Shown here in pieces: positions 51,717-61,161 of a stretch of DNA of 64,000 nt. A program made the position numbers and the translations under genes. A model generated the notes under the pieces. It ran no database searches. It saw only the letters and a program-made list of their open reading frames with translations, and was not told where the DNA came from. Source of the stretch: an uncultured Clostridia bacterium (GTDB lineage Bacteria > Bacillota > Clostridia > Christensenellales > CAG-314); contig CANRFV010000001.1 of NCBI GenBank assembly GCA_947629985.1, positions 49,329 to 113,328 on the forward strand. Direction: 5' to 3'. The stretch's first letter is position 1; each line of letters begins with the position of its first letter.

Positions 51717-54305
51717 TCAGCCCTCGAAATAGAACTGTGCGTTGTCAATATTGCCCCAAGGACCTGCGCCCGTGAAGTCTGCCTTGACGTGGATACCTAT
51801 CGTTACGCTTTGAACGTTGCTCGCGTCGAACTCCGCGCCCGTAACGGACGTTCTGGTCCACTTTTGCCAACCGTTCATCTGCGCCTGCGTGCCCGTAAAG
51901 GTATGCTCCGTGCCGTCCTTGTATTTGACCGTGATGTATGCATGTATGTCGCAATTTGTTCCGTCCGCGCCTTGGAAATCGAAACTGCACCCCCACTTGC
52001 CACTACCGTAAGTTTGAAGTTTGCTTACGTCTACGGTTTGATAGAGATCGAAATCGACCGCTTTGTCATCCCAGAAGTGGAAACTGTTTATTCCCATGCG
52101 GGCGTTGCCTATGTTGTTGCTTACAAATAGTTGCAAATTTTCCGTCTTGGTGTAACGAAGCCGCCAATTGCCGAGATCCGCCTGAACAAACTTGACCGTG
52201 GCGTCGCCGTAGGATTGGAATCCCTCGAAACTGCCTTCGTCCAAAATGTTGACGTTCATTACCCACACGTAGCAGTAGCAAGTTCCGCCAAAGAGCGTTG
52301 TGCCCGTTACCGTGTACATATCCACGGCGGATATATATTGCGTGAGTTGCGCTTGCTCGATGTTCCAAATGGCGTCTGTTACCTGTTTGGAGCCGTTGTT
52401 GAGAACGATACTGACCGTCTTTGGCAACTCTATCGTGCCTTCGTTGACCGTGTAGTAAACTTCCTGATCGGACAGATAGTCGGCGCGCAGGTCGGTTGTG
52501 TGTCCGCCTTTGACATATTTGAACACTTTGAGCGCCTCTATCGGCGAACCGTCGGACAGGAAAAATGCGTTGTTGTCTACCATAGAACCACCGCCGACAG
52601 GTGCGCCCGTAGGACTTGCCGCAGGTGCGGAACTATCGTACGAGTGAGCGTATGACGTTGCCCATCCGCAACCGTATCTGAGACACAAGTCGCGATTTGT
52701 GGCGCCTTCGGCGCTGTCGCTTGCCGCAACCCAGGTTCCGCCCCAATATGCCACGCCGATACCGTAGTCGCCGAGATCCGCAATGGCTTTGATAACTTCA
52801 CGCACGGCGTTTGCCATACCTTGAACGGTTATCGGCTGAGTTGTCGTTTCCAGCGCGGTGCCGCCGCAACCGTCAAAGTCCTCCTGCGAGAAGGCGTATG
52901 CCGTTTCCAAAACCATTACGTCCTTGCCGAAATCTTTGTGAACGTTGGCAAGCTGTTTGGTAAGCGCGCTGAGCGATCCGTGCGACGTGTAGTACGGATA
53001 CCACGATGTGCCGAATACGTCGTAATCGACGTTGTTGTTTTTGAGCGTTTGCGCCTTGGAATAATAGGTGTTGTCCCCCGCGTTGGTGAAGTGGACGGCG
53101 ATTTTTGCACCGCCTTCCGCAACGGCGCCCGTAACTTTGCGCACCGCTCTTGCACCGGCATTCATCAGAACGGAAATGTTGGTCCAATTGGTTTCGCCCG
53201 CCATTCCGCCCGTGGTTTCGTTGCCTATCTGCACCATTGTGATTTTGACATCGGTGGCTTTGATTTGGGTGAGCGCGTCTTCGGTGAAACTTTCGAGAGC
53301 ATCAGCCTTGGCGGACAATCCCATGTTTGCCCACGCTTTGGGCGCTTTTTGCTTGCCGGGATCTGCCCAGAAATCCGAATAGTGGAAGTCGATGATGACT
53401 CCGAGTCCGACAGCCTGACAACGTTCCGAAAGCGCAACGGCGTTGTCTACATCGCAATTGCCGCCGCCGTAGGGTTGCGTTTTGGCGCTGTCGGCATAGG
53501 GATCGTTCCAAACGCGAATACGAATATCCGTTATGCCGTTGTCTTTCAACACTTGAAGAATATCGGCGTCTTGCCCGTCAAAATCCTTGAATGTCAGACC
53601 GCTTTCGCTGCGAGCCTTTTCGACGGAAAGGAGTTCGGACGCGTCCATTGCCATGATGAAATCCGTGCGGTCTTTGAGACTCGGCACGTCGCCGACATAC
53701 AGTTCGTTTGCGCTCGCTTCGCCCGCAACGGTAACGACGCACGTTGCTCTGTAATTGTTTGTAGACGTCGCCGTTATTACAGCCTGTCCGCCGCCAACAG
53801 CAGTTACAAGTCCGCTTATGCTGACCGATGCGACCGATGTGTTGGAGGACTCCCAGGTGAGAGTTTTGTCCGTGGCGTTTTCTGGCTCGACGTTCGGGAC
53901 AAACAAATATGTATCGCCCACATTGAGGGACAGCGACTGCTTGTCAAGCGAAACTCCCGATACGGGGACGGGCTGCTTGGACGGATCCACTACTGTTACT
54001 ATACATTGCGACGACTTGCCACCGACAGATACGCGGATTGCCGCCTTGCCGTCCTTTATACCCTTGACAACGCCGTTGTCTACCGTTGCGACAGTTGCGT
54101 CCGACGAACGCCAATTGGCGCTTATGCCGCTTGCTTCCTGCGGAAACACGGTGTATGTAAGCGTAGCTTGCTCTCCGACGTTGATCGTGAGCGTTGCTTG
54201 GTCGAGTTCGACGCTTGACACTTCGGCTGCCGTGTCGCAAGCCGCAAGCGGAACCACCATGCACGCTATCATTAAAATTGCCAATAAAATACTTTTTAGT
54301 TTCAT
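51717..54305 (-). CDS. ganB: Secreted lipoprotein arabinogalactan endo-beta-1,4-galactanase (GH53) with two N-terminal Big_2 domains and a C-terminal beta-rich (CBM-like) region
   Basis: The lipobox is VVPLAAC. The GH53 core has IRIRVWNDPY...GGGNCDVDNAVALSERCQAVGLGVIIDFHYSDFWADPGKQKAPKAW, the acid/base MVQIGNETTGG and the nucleophile VMVLETAYAF. Confidence 0.9.
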   Translation of the reverse strand: MKLKSILLAILMIACMVVPLAACDTAAEVSSVELDQATLTINVGEQATLTYTVFPQEASGISANWRSSDATVATVDNGVVKGIKDGKAAIRVSVGGKSSQCIVTVVDPSKQPVPVSGVSLDKQSLSLNVGDTYLFVPNVEPENATDKTLTWESSNTSVASVSISGLVTAVGGGQAVITATSTNNYRATCVVTVAGEASANELYVGDVPSLKDRTDFIMAMDASELLSVEKARSESGLTFKDFDGQDADILQVLKDNGITDIRIRVWNDPYADSAKTQPYGGGNCDVDNAVALSERCQAVGLGVIIDFHYSDFWADPGKQKAPKAWANMGLSAKADALESFTEDALTQIKATDVKITMVQIGNETTGGMAGETNWTNISVLMNAGARAVRKVTGAVAEGGAKIAVHFTNAGDNTYYSKAQTLKNNNVDYDVFGTSWYPYYTSHGSLSALTKQLANVHKDFGKDVMVLETAYAFSQEDFDGCGGTALETTTQPITVQGMANAVREVIKAIADLGDYGIGVAYWGGTWVAASDSAEGATNRDLCLRYGCGWATSYAHSYDSSAPAASPTGAPVGGGSMVDNNAFFLSDGSPIEALKVFKYVKGGHTTDLRADYLSDQEVYYTVNEGTIELPKTVSIVLNNGSKQVTDAIWNIEQAQLTQYISAVDMYTVTGTTLFGGTCYCYVWVMNVNILDEGSFEGFQSYGDATVKFVQADLGNWRLRYTKTENLQLFVSNNIGNARMGINSFHFWDDKAVDFDLYQTVDVSKLQTYGSGKWGCSFDFQGADGTNCDIHAYITVKYKDGTEHTFTGTQAQMNGWQKWTRTSVTGAEFDASNVQSVTIGIHVKADFTGAGPWGNIDNAQFYFEG

Positions 54306-54339
54306 AATACCCTCCGATATTAACCGTTTTTTTCAAATT

Positions 54340-55620
54340 TCAGGATATGCGGCGCAGTTTTTTGCGCGGTTCTTCCGCAGACGAACTTTCTTCCGCAACC
54401 GTCACGGAAACGGGCGCGTCGTCCGAATCGGAAAGAAGGTTTACTTCCGTCTCTGCCGAGAAGAAATGCGTTACGCCACTTTCAAATGTAATGTAAATGC
54501 GCGTTCCCGAAACGAGTTTTTCGACCTGCGCCGCCGTAAACGGAGCCGTCGGAACGCGAACGATAAGCTCCTCTCCCGTTTCCGTTTGGACGTGCAGATG
54601 GAAGGAACTTCCCATATTTTCGCGAACCCTTATTACGCACGGGATCGCTTCGGGGTTTTCGTGGTTGGACAGCGATATATGTTCGGGACGAACGCCGAGA
54701 ACGATATCTTGCGGTTGAATATCCTTTTTACGAAAAATCTCGCCGCGTGCACCGTCTATTCGTTTTACAACCCCGCAAAGATTGACAAAGTATCCTTCGG
54801 CATCTCGTTCGAGCCGAGTGCGGAATATGTTCATCTTGGGCGAGCCGATAAACTCCGCGACAAACAGATTTTGCGGCATATCGAACAACTCCGTGGGCGT
54901 TCCCACTTGCTGTATCACGCCGTCCTTCATAATGACTATCCTGTCTGCAAGCGTCATCGCCTCAACCTGATCGTGCGTAACATAGATAAATGTCGTATCG
55001 ATCTTCTTGCGCAGTTCGATCAATTCCGAACGCATTTGAGAACGCAACTTGGCGTCAAGGTTTGAAAGCGGTTCGTCGAGAAGAAATACCGATGCGTTTT
55101 TTACCATTGCGCGACCTATTGCAACGCGCTGCTTTTGTCCGCCCGAAAGCTCACGCGGACGACGTCCGAGATACTCCGTTATGCCGAGAATTTCCGCCGC
55201 ATTGGCAACCCTGTCAGCAATTTCTTGACTTGTCAACTTTCTATTTTTGATTTTTACATCCCGAACATTTCCGTCCTTATCCGTAACGGGGACTTCCACA
55301 GGTATACGCATAAGCGTTAGCGGAAACGCAATGTTTCGGAATATTGTATAATTGGGATACAACGCATAATTTTGGAACACCATCGAGATATCTCTGTCCT
55401 TGGGTTTCAAGTCGTTGACTACCCTGCCACCGATTTTGATAGTGCCTTCGGTAATATCTTCCAAACCCGCTATCATACGAAGCGTTGTGGATTTGCCGCA
55501 CCCCGAAGGACCGACAAATACGACAAATTCTTTGTCTTTAATTTTCAAGTTGAAGTCTTTTACTGCGACTACGTTCTTGCCGTATACTTTTTTGACTCCT
55601 GTCAATTCTACTTCTGCCAT
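54340..55620 (-). CDS. Sugar ABC transporter ATP-binding protein (MalK/MsmX/UgpC family) with an internal insertion and an acidic tail
   Basis: The ATG at 55620 gives [14 protein letters not shown]. Walker A is GPSGCGKST, the signature is [14 protein letters not shown] and Walker B is [13 protein letters not shown] ~30-aa insertion ([25 protein letters not shown]) sits between the Q-loop and the signature. The track start at 55731 overlaps the permease gene. Confidence 0.9.
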   Translation of the reverse strand: MAEVELTGVKKVYGKNVVAVKDFNLKIKDKEFVVFVGPSGCGKSTTLRMIAGLEDITEGTIKIGGRVVNDLKPKDRDISMVFQNYALYPNYTIFRNIAFPLTLMRIPVEVPVTDKDGNVRDVKIKNRKLTSQEIADRVANAAEILGITEYLGRRPRELSGGQKQRVAIGRAMVKNASVFLLDEPLSNLDAKLRSQMRSELIELRKKIDTTFIYVTHDQVEAMTLADRIVIMKDGVIQQVGTPTELFDMPQNLFVAEFIGSPKMNIFRTRLERDAEGYFVNLCGVVKRIDGARGEIFRKKDIQPQDIVLGVRPEHISLSNHENPEAIPCVIRVRENMGSSFHLHVQTETGEELIVRVPTAPFTAAQVEKLVSGTRIYITFESGVTHFFSAETEVNLLSDSDDAPVSVTVAEESSSAEEPRKKLRRIS

Positions 55621-55628
55621 TTTGCACC

Positions 55629-56663
55629 TTACCCTTTTACCGCGCCGCCTGTTACACCTGCGACGTAATATTTTTGCAACAAGAGGAACAATACTGTAAT
55701 CGGCACTGCCACTACAACTCCGCCTGCACAAAAAGTTGTATAATAATCGTTCTTCATAGAATCAGTGATCAGCCACTGCAATCCTGCCGCGACGTTATAG
55801 CCTGCCGAAGCGTTGTTCGCCATAAAGGTCGCCATGACGAAATCTCCCCACGGTCCCATAAAACCCATCAATATCGTATATATGACTATGGGTTTCGATA
55901 GCGGTAAAATCAATTTGAAAAAGATTTGAAGCCGTGTTGCTCCGTCCACTCTTGCCGCTTCGTCGATCGATTTGGAAATCGTATCGAAGAAACCCTTGGC
56001 GATGTAGTAACCCATTCCCGAACTTGCGACATAGATTATCATCAATCCGTATGGTGCGTTTGCGTCCGTCAAGTTCCAATCGTGCATCCACGTGTACAAA
56101 AGAATGAGCGTCAGGAAACCGGGGAACATTCCGAATACAAGTATCAAGTTCATCAAAAACTTGCGTCCATTGAAACGGAATCTCGACAGTACATAAGCGA
56201 CCGACAATTGAAATATCGTTTGTACCACAGCGGTTACAATTCCCATCAAAAAGGTGTTGCCGTACCATTTAAGGAAAAGTCCGTTTTGGAAAGTAAACAA
56301 CCGAGCATAATTGTCAAAGCCCCATTGCTTGGGTATGAGATACCCTGCAAGTCCCGTGCTTTCGCAACGGAATGATTCGAGAACAATACCGATAAACGGC
56401 AAAATCCAAACGAAACAAAGCACTGCCAAAACAATATGTATTACAATATTTACAACTCTGTTTTTCGTTTTTTGCGAAACACGTCCTTTGTTTGCAACTG
56501 CCGTCGTACTTGTGGAGAGAGTGTCCGTCTGTGCTACGAAAATGTCCGTATATTCCGGCGTGAAGTTTTCGGCAACTTCCATTTCAATATTGGACTCTAC
56601 GGTCTTGGTTTCACTACCGTAAAATTCAAACACTTCGCCGTTTTCAATCCGTTCATTCATCAT
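55629..56663 (-). CDS. Sugar ABC transporter permease (MalG/GanQ-like) with a ~60-aa N-terminal cytoplasmic extension
   Basis: Six TM helices and the EAA-type loop SIDEAARVDGATRLQIFFKLILP. Confidence 0.88.
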   Translation of the reverse strand: MMNERIENGEVFEFYGSETKTVESNIEMEVAENFTPEYTDIFVAQTDTLSTSTTAVANKGRVSQKTKNRVVNIVIHIVLAVLCFVWILPFIGIVLESFRCESTGLAGYLIPKQWGFDNYARLFTFQNGLFLKWYGNTFLMGIVTAVVQTIFQLSVAYVLSRFRFNGRKFLMNLILVFGMFPGFLTLILLYTWMHDWNLTDANAPYGLMIIYVASSGMGYYIAKGFFDTISKSIDEAARVDGATRLQIFFKLILPLSKPIVIYTILMGFMGPWGDFVMATFMANNASAGYNVAAGLQWLITDSMKNDYYTTFCAGGVVVAVPITVLFLLLQKYYVAGVTGGAVKG

Positions 56664-58438
56664 GAAAAGTCCTCCTCTCTTCGCGTGGAAGGCATAATCG
56701 TGAAAATGATGAGCGAAAGCACCGATACCACAATAAATATCATCGTTCCGATAACCGACGCCATCTTGTAGTTGGCTTCGCTACCCGTAGTAATGCCGAA
56801 CAGCCAAGTGATAAGGATAGTTGTATCTCCCGCAATGTATCCGCCGACATCTCCCCAAGCAAAATGCGGAGGACCGCCCTGCGTCAAGAGATAAATGACG
56901 TTGAAGTTGTTGATATTGGATACAAAGTTCGTCAGAAGATACGGTCCCGTTACGAACAACATATACGGCATCGTAATTTTGCAAAACTGCTGAAATGCGT
57001 TTGCGCCATCAATTTGCGCCGATTCGTACAGATCTTGCGGAATATTCATCAAAATGCCCGTCGTTATCAACATCAGATACGGTATGCCGACCCAAATGTT
57101 GATAACAAGCACCATTACTTTGGCAAGCGTACCGTCGCCCCAAAACGATATAGGTTTGTCTATCCAACCCCAATTCATAAGCGTGGCATTTACTATGCCG
57201 TTGTCCGCAAACAAATTGCTGACGTACAACAGCGATATGAACTGCGGTATGGCTATCGTCATAACGAGAACTGTTCGCCAAAACTTTTTGATTTTGATAC
57301 CCTTTTTGTTTATCAGCATTGCTACAAACATGCCAAGGAAGTAATTGCTGAACGTTGCAAACACTGCCCAAATCAATGTCCAGGCAAGTATCTCGCCAAA
57401 TGCCAAAGACAACTGCGAGCCAAAAGTAAACATCTGATTGAAGTTTTCCAATCCCACCCATGTGAACAGGTTGTTGTAGCCGTCAGCTTCGTAGTCGTAA
57501 CTTGTAAAGCCTACAAGTATCATAAAGATGATAGGCAATATCGTGAACATCACTATGCCGAATACCGGCAGCGACAACAGCGTCTTGTGGAATTCGTCGT
57601 CGGCAAGAGACTGCACGTCTTCTTTACTCGTCTTTATCTTTTTGCCGCTTGCGGTGATTTCATCCAGAATGCGACACTGCTTTACATTGAGCCGCCAAGT
57701 GTATATGAACGCTATTATAAAGAATATCGTGATAAGTCCATACAGCAATATCTTAAATGAGTTGTCCACGTGAACGGTCGTATAGACGTCGAGAATTGGG
57801 TCATATTCTTCAATTGTAGCGACTGTGCCTAACGAGCCGAACTTGCCAAGCCAGGCTCCGCCCCAAAATACCATATACAATATGAATGCCGCTTCAAACA
57901 AGAAGAATAACAATCCGCGCAACCACTGCCCGTGAGTAAGATTGCCGAACCCCATCACTAAATAGCTGACGCGTGTTTTCCAACTGCCTTTTTTGAATGT
58001 CGTACCGATATCTTTGATGTTTTCCCAAACGGAAATTCCGAAGTCTTTGATTTTCAATCCAAGTTTTACGAATTTTTTTGCGAACCATTTGGGTATTCCG
58101 ACAAAAAATTGTTTGAATTTATATAGTATCCTTTGAAACCAGTTCAATCTTTGATATTCCAATGTGGTCAAAGGTTTATTGCCGGAAATCTTCTTTTCGT
58201 AGCGTCTTTCGAATTCTGCAAAAATTTCATCGCCGTCGTCATTGGTAATTACTTCATAGCATTTACCGCCGTCGTTTTTTAAGACGCGCGCAAGCGCAAT
58301 CTCTTCCTCTTCGGAAGAGTTTGCGCTTTGTACCGGAGTAAATGCCGCATATTTATCTCCACGGTATGTAAATTTCATAAGCAGACGCATTGAAATCGAT
58401 TCGCCGCCGATTGTCAAATCCGTCAAAAATTCTTTCAT
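56660..58438 (-). CDS. Sugar ABC transporter permease (MalF/GanP-like) with a ~110-aa N-terminal soluble extension
   Basis: The EAA loop is LYESAQIDGANAFQQFCKITMP. The N-terminus FTYRGDKYAAFTPV...EEEIALARVLKNDGGKCYEVITNDDGDEIFAEFERRYE looks DUF1292-like (recollection). Confidence 0.88.
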   Translation of the reverse strand: MKEFLTDLTIGGESISMRLLMKFTYRGDKYAAFTPVQSANSSEEEEIALARVLKNDGGKCYEVITNDDGDEIFAEFERRYEKKISGNKPLTTLEYQRLNWFQRILYKFKQFFVGIPKWFAKKFVKLGLKIKDFGISVWENIKDIGTTFKKGSWKTRVSYLVMGFGNLTHGQWLRGLLFFLFEAAFILYMVFWGGAWLGKFGSLGTVATIEEYDPILDVYTTVHVDNSFKILLYGLITIFFIIAFIYTWRLNVKQCRILDEITASGKKIKTSKEDVQSLADDEFHKTLLSLPVFGIVMFTILPIIFMILVGFTSYDYEADGYNNLFTWVGLENFNQMFTFGSQLSLAFGEILAWTLIWAVFATFSNYFLGMFVAMLINKKGIKIKKFWRTVLVMTIAIPQFISLLYVSNLFADNGIVNATLMNWGWIDKPISFWGDGTLAKVMVLVINIWVGIPYLMLITTGILMNIPQDLYESAQIDGANAFQQFCKITMPYMLFVTGPYLLTNFVSNINNFNVIYLLTQGGPPHFAWGDVGGYIAGDTTILITWLFGITTGSEANYKMASVIGTMIFIVVSVLSLIIFTIMPSTRREEDFS

Positions 58439-58452
58439 TGCCGTCTCCTTTT

Positions 58453-59685
58453 CTAATCTTTGAGATCGTTCAACGAATTGTTATAAGTTGTAAGAAGCGA
58501 TTGCAATGTGGCGTCGTCTTCTTCACTTGTCGCCGCATCGCCCACCATCGTGTCAAGTTTTGCCCACCAATTTGTCGGATATTGTCCTTGCAACGTCGTC
58601 TTTGCCTGTTTAAGAAGAACATCCAATGCGGGAGACGTAGCGTCTGCCGCCGCTTTAATGTTGGACGGTCCCCATCCGACTGTTTCAAAACGTTCACGCT
58701 GACATTCCTCGCTCGTAAGGAATATGGCGAGCTTTTGCAGATACGCCGCTCTGTACGCATCACTTTGGGGCTTAACGCCCATCAATTTGCTGCCGAGATA
58801 AGAAACAAGCTGATAACTCTTGCCGTCAACGGTGAACGAAGGCAACGGAGCCACGCCGAGATCGCTTCCCAACGCTTGTTGTGCCGCTTTGTAACCCCAA
58901 ATACCGCTTACGACGACCGCAGAAGGTATCGCCGCGTTGAAATCGCTCACTTCGGCGGAAGGATTGTAAACGCTTGATTTCAAAAGCTTTTGCAAACCTT
59001 TCAAAGCAATCACACCGTTTGCCGAAGAGAAATTGTCCTCATAGCTCTTGAAATTGCCCTTCTCGTCCGTAGTCCATTCCGACTGGCAACCTGTCGCATA
59101 AAAGAACGATGCCGAATACCAACTTCCACCGTCTTTTGTGAGGTTCATCGAGAAGTTTTTGCCAGCAGCTTTGCAATCTTCGATAATATCTTCGAGACTT
59201 CCGATATGCTCTTCCTTTACAACGCGTTTGTCATAGTACATAAAGTAACCGTTGTCTTTCGTAAACGGAAAAGCGCAAATGGTATCTCCGATTTTTGCCG
59301 CCGCAACGGACGCGTCATCACAAGTAGATGTAATTGCCGTTACCGAAGCGGTATTGAGTTTGCACAACAAATTGGAGTGGACGACGCGTGCAAGTTGATC
59401 CTGCGCAAAACAGAAAATATCCGCACACGACGCCGGAGTGGAAATCGCATTGCCTGCGGCTTTGGATTCGCTGACAATTTCGATTTTTGCCTTGAACTTA
59501 ATGCCGTCCTCGTTTGTTTCGTTAAATCTTTCAATTTGCTTTTGTGTCAGAGCATCCGTTCCTTCGCCGACCCAAACGACAATTTCATAGTCGTAGTCGC
59601 CGTCCTTGTCGCATGCGGACAAAACGCATACGATTGGAATAAGCATCAAAATACTCAACAAAATGATTAGAGCGCGTTTTTTCAT
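58453..59685 (-). CDS. Extracellular solute-binding lipoprotein (family 1; GanS/CycB/MalE-like)
   Basis: The lipobox is VCVLSAC. Its size (410 aa) and its position directly upstream of the two permease genes fit this class. Confidence 0.85.
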   Translation of the reverse strand: MKKRALIILLSILMLIPIVCVLSACDKDGDYDYEIVVWVGEGTDALTQKQIERFNETNEDGIKFKAKIEIVSESKAAGNAISTPASCADIFCFAQDQLARVVHSNLLCKLNTASVTAITSTCDDASVAAAKIGDTICAFPFTKDNGYFMYYDKRVVKEEHIGSLEDIIEDCKAAGKNFSMNLTKDGGSWYSASFFYATGCQSEWTTDEKGNFKSYEDNFSSANGVIALKGLQKLLKSSVYNPSAEVSDFNAAIPSAVVVSGIWGYKAAQQALGSDLGVAPLPSFTVDGKSYQLVSYLGSKLMGVKPQSDAYRAAYLQKLAIFLTSEECQRERFETVGWGPSNIKAAADATSPALDVLLKQAKTTLQGQYPTNWWAKLDTMVGDAATSEEDDATLQSLLTTYNNSLNDLKD

Positions 59686-59750
59686 GTTTTTTCTCCTTTT
59701 TTTTGTTTTTTGTTATTCGGTTAGATTGTTTCTGTACTATGTTTTAGTAC

Positions 59751-59776
59751 AGAAAGGGCAGGGGCGCCCCTGCCCC
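59751..59776 (-). terminator. Rho-independent terminator after the intracellular GH53 gene
   Basis: The 20-nt perfect palindrome gggcaggggcgcccctgccc (59756-59775) is followed on the minus strand by tttct. Confidence 0.7.
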
Positions 59777-59792
59777 GCAAAACGGTGCATTT

Positions 59793-60899
59793 TTAGGTTT
59801 TATACTCATCGAATGCGGGCAATTTGTGCCCGTTATAGTCGAACAGACAGTGATTTGCGTACTCGTTCCTGTTTGAACGCTTATCGCTGTGAACATACTC
59901 TTTTCCCGCGTCGGAAGCCCAACAATTTTCACCGCAAGGCGTCCACAACGGCTCCCAATAACATACAAGTTCTATCTTGTGTTTTTGAGCGAGTGCAAGA
60001 AAATCCTTAACAAACCTGCGCTGTCCGTCAACCGTCAACGGATATTGCGCATTGAATGTGGCATCTTCGTGAGTGCCACCGTTTACCATAAGCGCCTCGC
60101 TGTCTTCGCTCTTTATATAATCTTCCGTCGTAAAGGCGCGACCGAGTTCCACTACCATAATGCGCTTACCAAATTTTTTGCAATTCTCAACATTGGCAAA
60201 AAATTGTTCGAACGGACCGTGCCAATATGAATAATAGGACATGCCGATTATGTCGTAATCGACGTTGGCAGCCTGCATTTGTGAATAAAACTCATTGTAA
60301 ACCTTTTGGTCGTAGCTTCTTTCCAAATGCAAAATTATACCTGCTTTCGGATACACTTCTCTGCACGCTTTTATTCCGGCGTTAAGCAACTTAATAAGGC
60401 TATCGTAATTGGTGCGCGAGCCGTCGGGTTGTTCGTCGAGATGCCCGAAGGGCCACAATATTCCGTTTGTAATTTCGTTGCCGACTTGAATAAATTCTAT
60501 GTCAATACCGTGTGCTTTGGCTGTTTTCAATGTTTCGGCGGTAAAAGCGTAAACATGATCGACAAGGCCCTGCAGATCGAAGTTTTGCCAGGCTTTCGGG
60601 ACGCACTGTTTTGCGGGATCCGCCCAAAAATCACTGTAATGAAAATCCGCCATTATCTTGTAACCTTTCTCTTCGGAAAGCATTGCAAGTTTGATAAAAT
60701 TATCCACGTCGCAAGTGCCGGCAAGATACGGCTCTCCGTTTCGTCCGTAAGGGTCGTTCCAGATGCGTATGCGCATAACATCCACACCATTGTTGCTGAA
60801 AGCATCCAATGGCTCTATTTCTTTGTTTCCGTCAAAATATTTGGCGTGATGTATATTTTCCATTTCAAGATATGTAGAAGCATCTATACCGAGTCTCAT
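59793..60899 (-). CDS. GH53-family galactanase homologue without a signal peptide (predicted cytoplasmic)
   Basis: The ATG at 60899 gives MRLGIDASTYLEME. The core has MRIRIWNDPY...AGTCDVDNFIKLAMLSEEKGYKIMADFHYSDFWADPAKQCVPKAW, FIQVGNEITNG and IMVVELGRAF. Confidence 0.85.
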   Translation of the reverse strand: MRLGIDASTYLEMENIHHAKYFDGNKEIEPLDAFSNNGVDVMRIRIWNDPYGRNGEPYLAGTCDVDNFIKLAMLSEEKGYKIMADFHYSDFWADPAKQCVPKAWQNFDLQGLVDHVYAFTAETLKTAKAHGIDIEFIQVGNEITNGILWPFGHLDEQPDGSRTNYDSLIKLLNAGIKACREVYPKAGIILHLERSYDQKVYNEFYSQMQAANVDYDIIGMSYYSYWHGPFEQFFANVENCKKFGKRIMVVELGRAFTTEDYIKSEDSEALMVNGGTHEDATFNAQYPLTVDGQRRFVKDFLALAQKHKIELVCYWEPLWTPCGENCWASDAGKEYVHSDKRSNRNEYANHCLFDYNGHKLPAFDEYKT

Positions 60900-60900
60900 A

Positions 60901-61161
60901 TTATTGTTCACCTGCCTTATGTTCACTGAATTTGGGCGGTTCGTTATCTTCGCCGAAATCCACAACGCGCTGACGAAGCCTTCCGTATTTTTGTTTGAAT
61001 TGCTCGTTAAGCCCGATTACCTCGTCTTCGGTTCCACGAAATGCGCAACGCAAACAGTAATATTGCTTTGTTTTTTCATCGTAAAACATATCCATATCGA
61101 TGTCGCGCATAAAACAACGCGGACAACGGTAATTCAATTTACCTTTTGTAGCTTGAGCCAT
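60901..61161 (-). CDS. Small zinc-ribbon protein
   Basis: The 86-aa ORF has YRCPRCFMRD...YYCLRCAFRG (CxxC...CxxC). It overlaps the upstream gene by 28 nt and ends 2 nt before the GH53 start. Confidence 0.55.
   Translation of the reverse strand: MAQATKGKLNYRCPRCFMRDIDMDMFYDEKTKQYYCLRCAFRGTEDEVIGLNEQFKQKYGRLRQRVVDFGEDNEPPKFSEHKAGEQ

Noticed and set aside
54340-55731. The track start at 55731 for the ABC ATPase (a 37-aa Arg/Cys-rich extension). Similar upstream extensions apply to hipA (8131), the GH53 homologue (60965), the accessory protein (25200) and the DUF6291-like ORF (26604).
   Set aside because: The extensions overlap the preceding genes and lack an RBS. Internal ATGs with good Shine-Dalgarno sequences give canonical N-termini.
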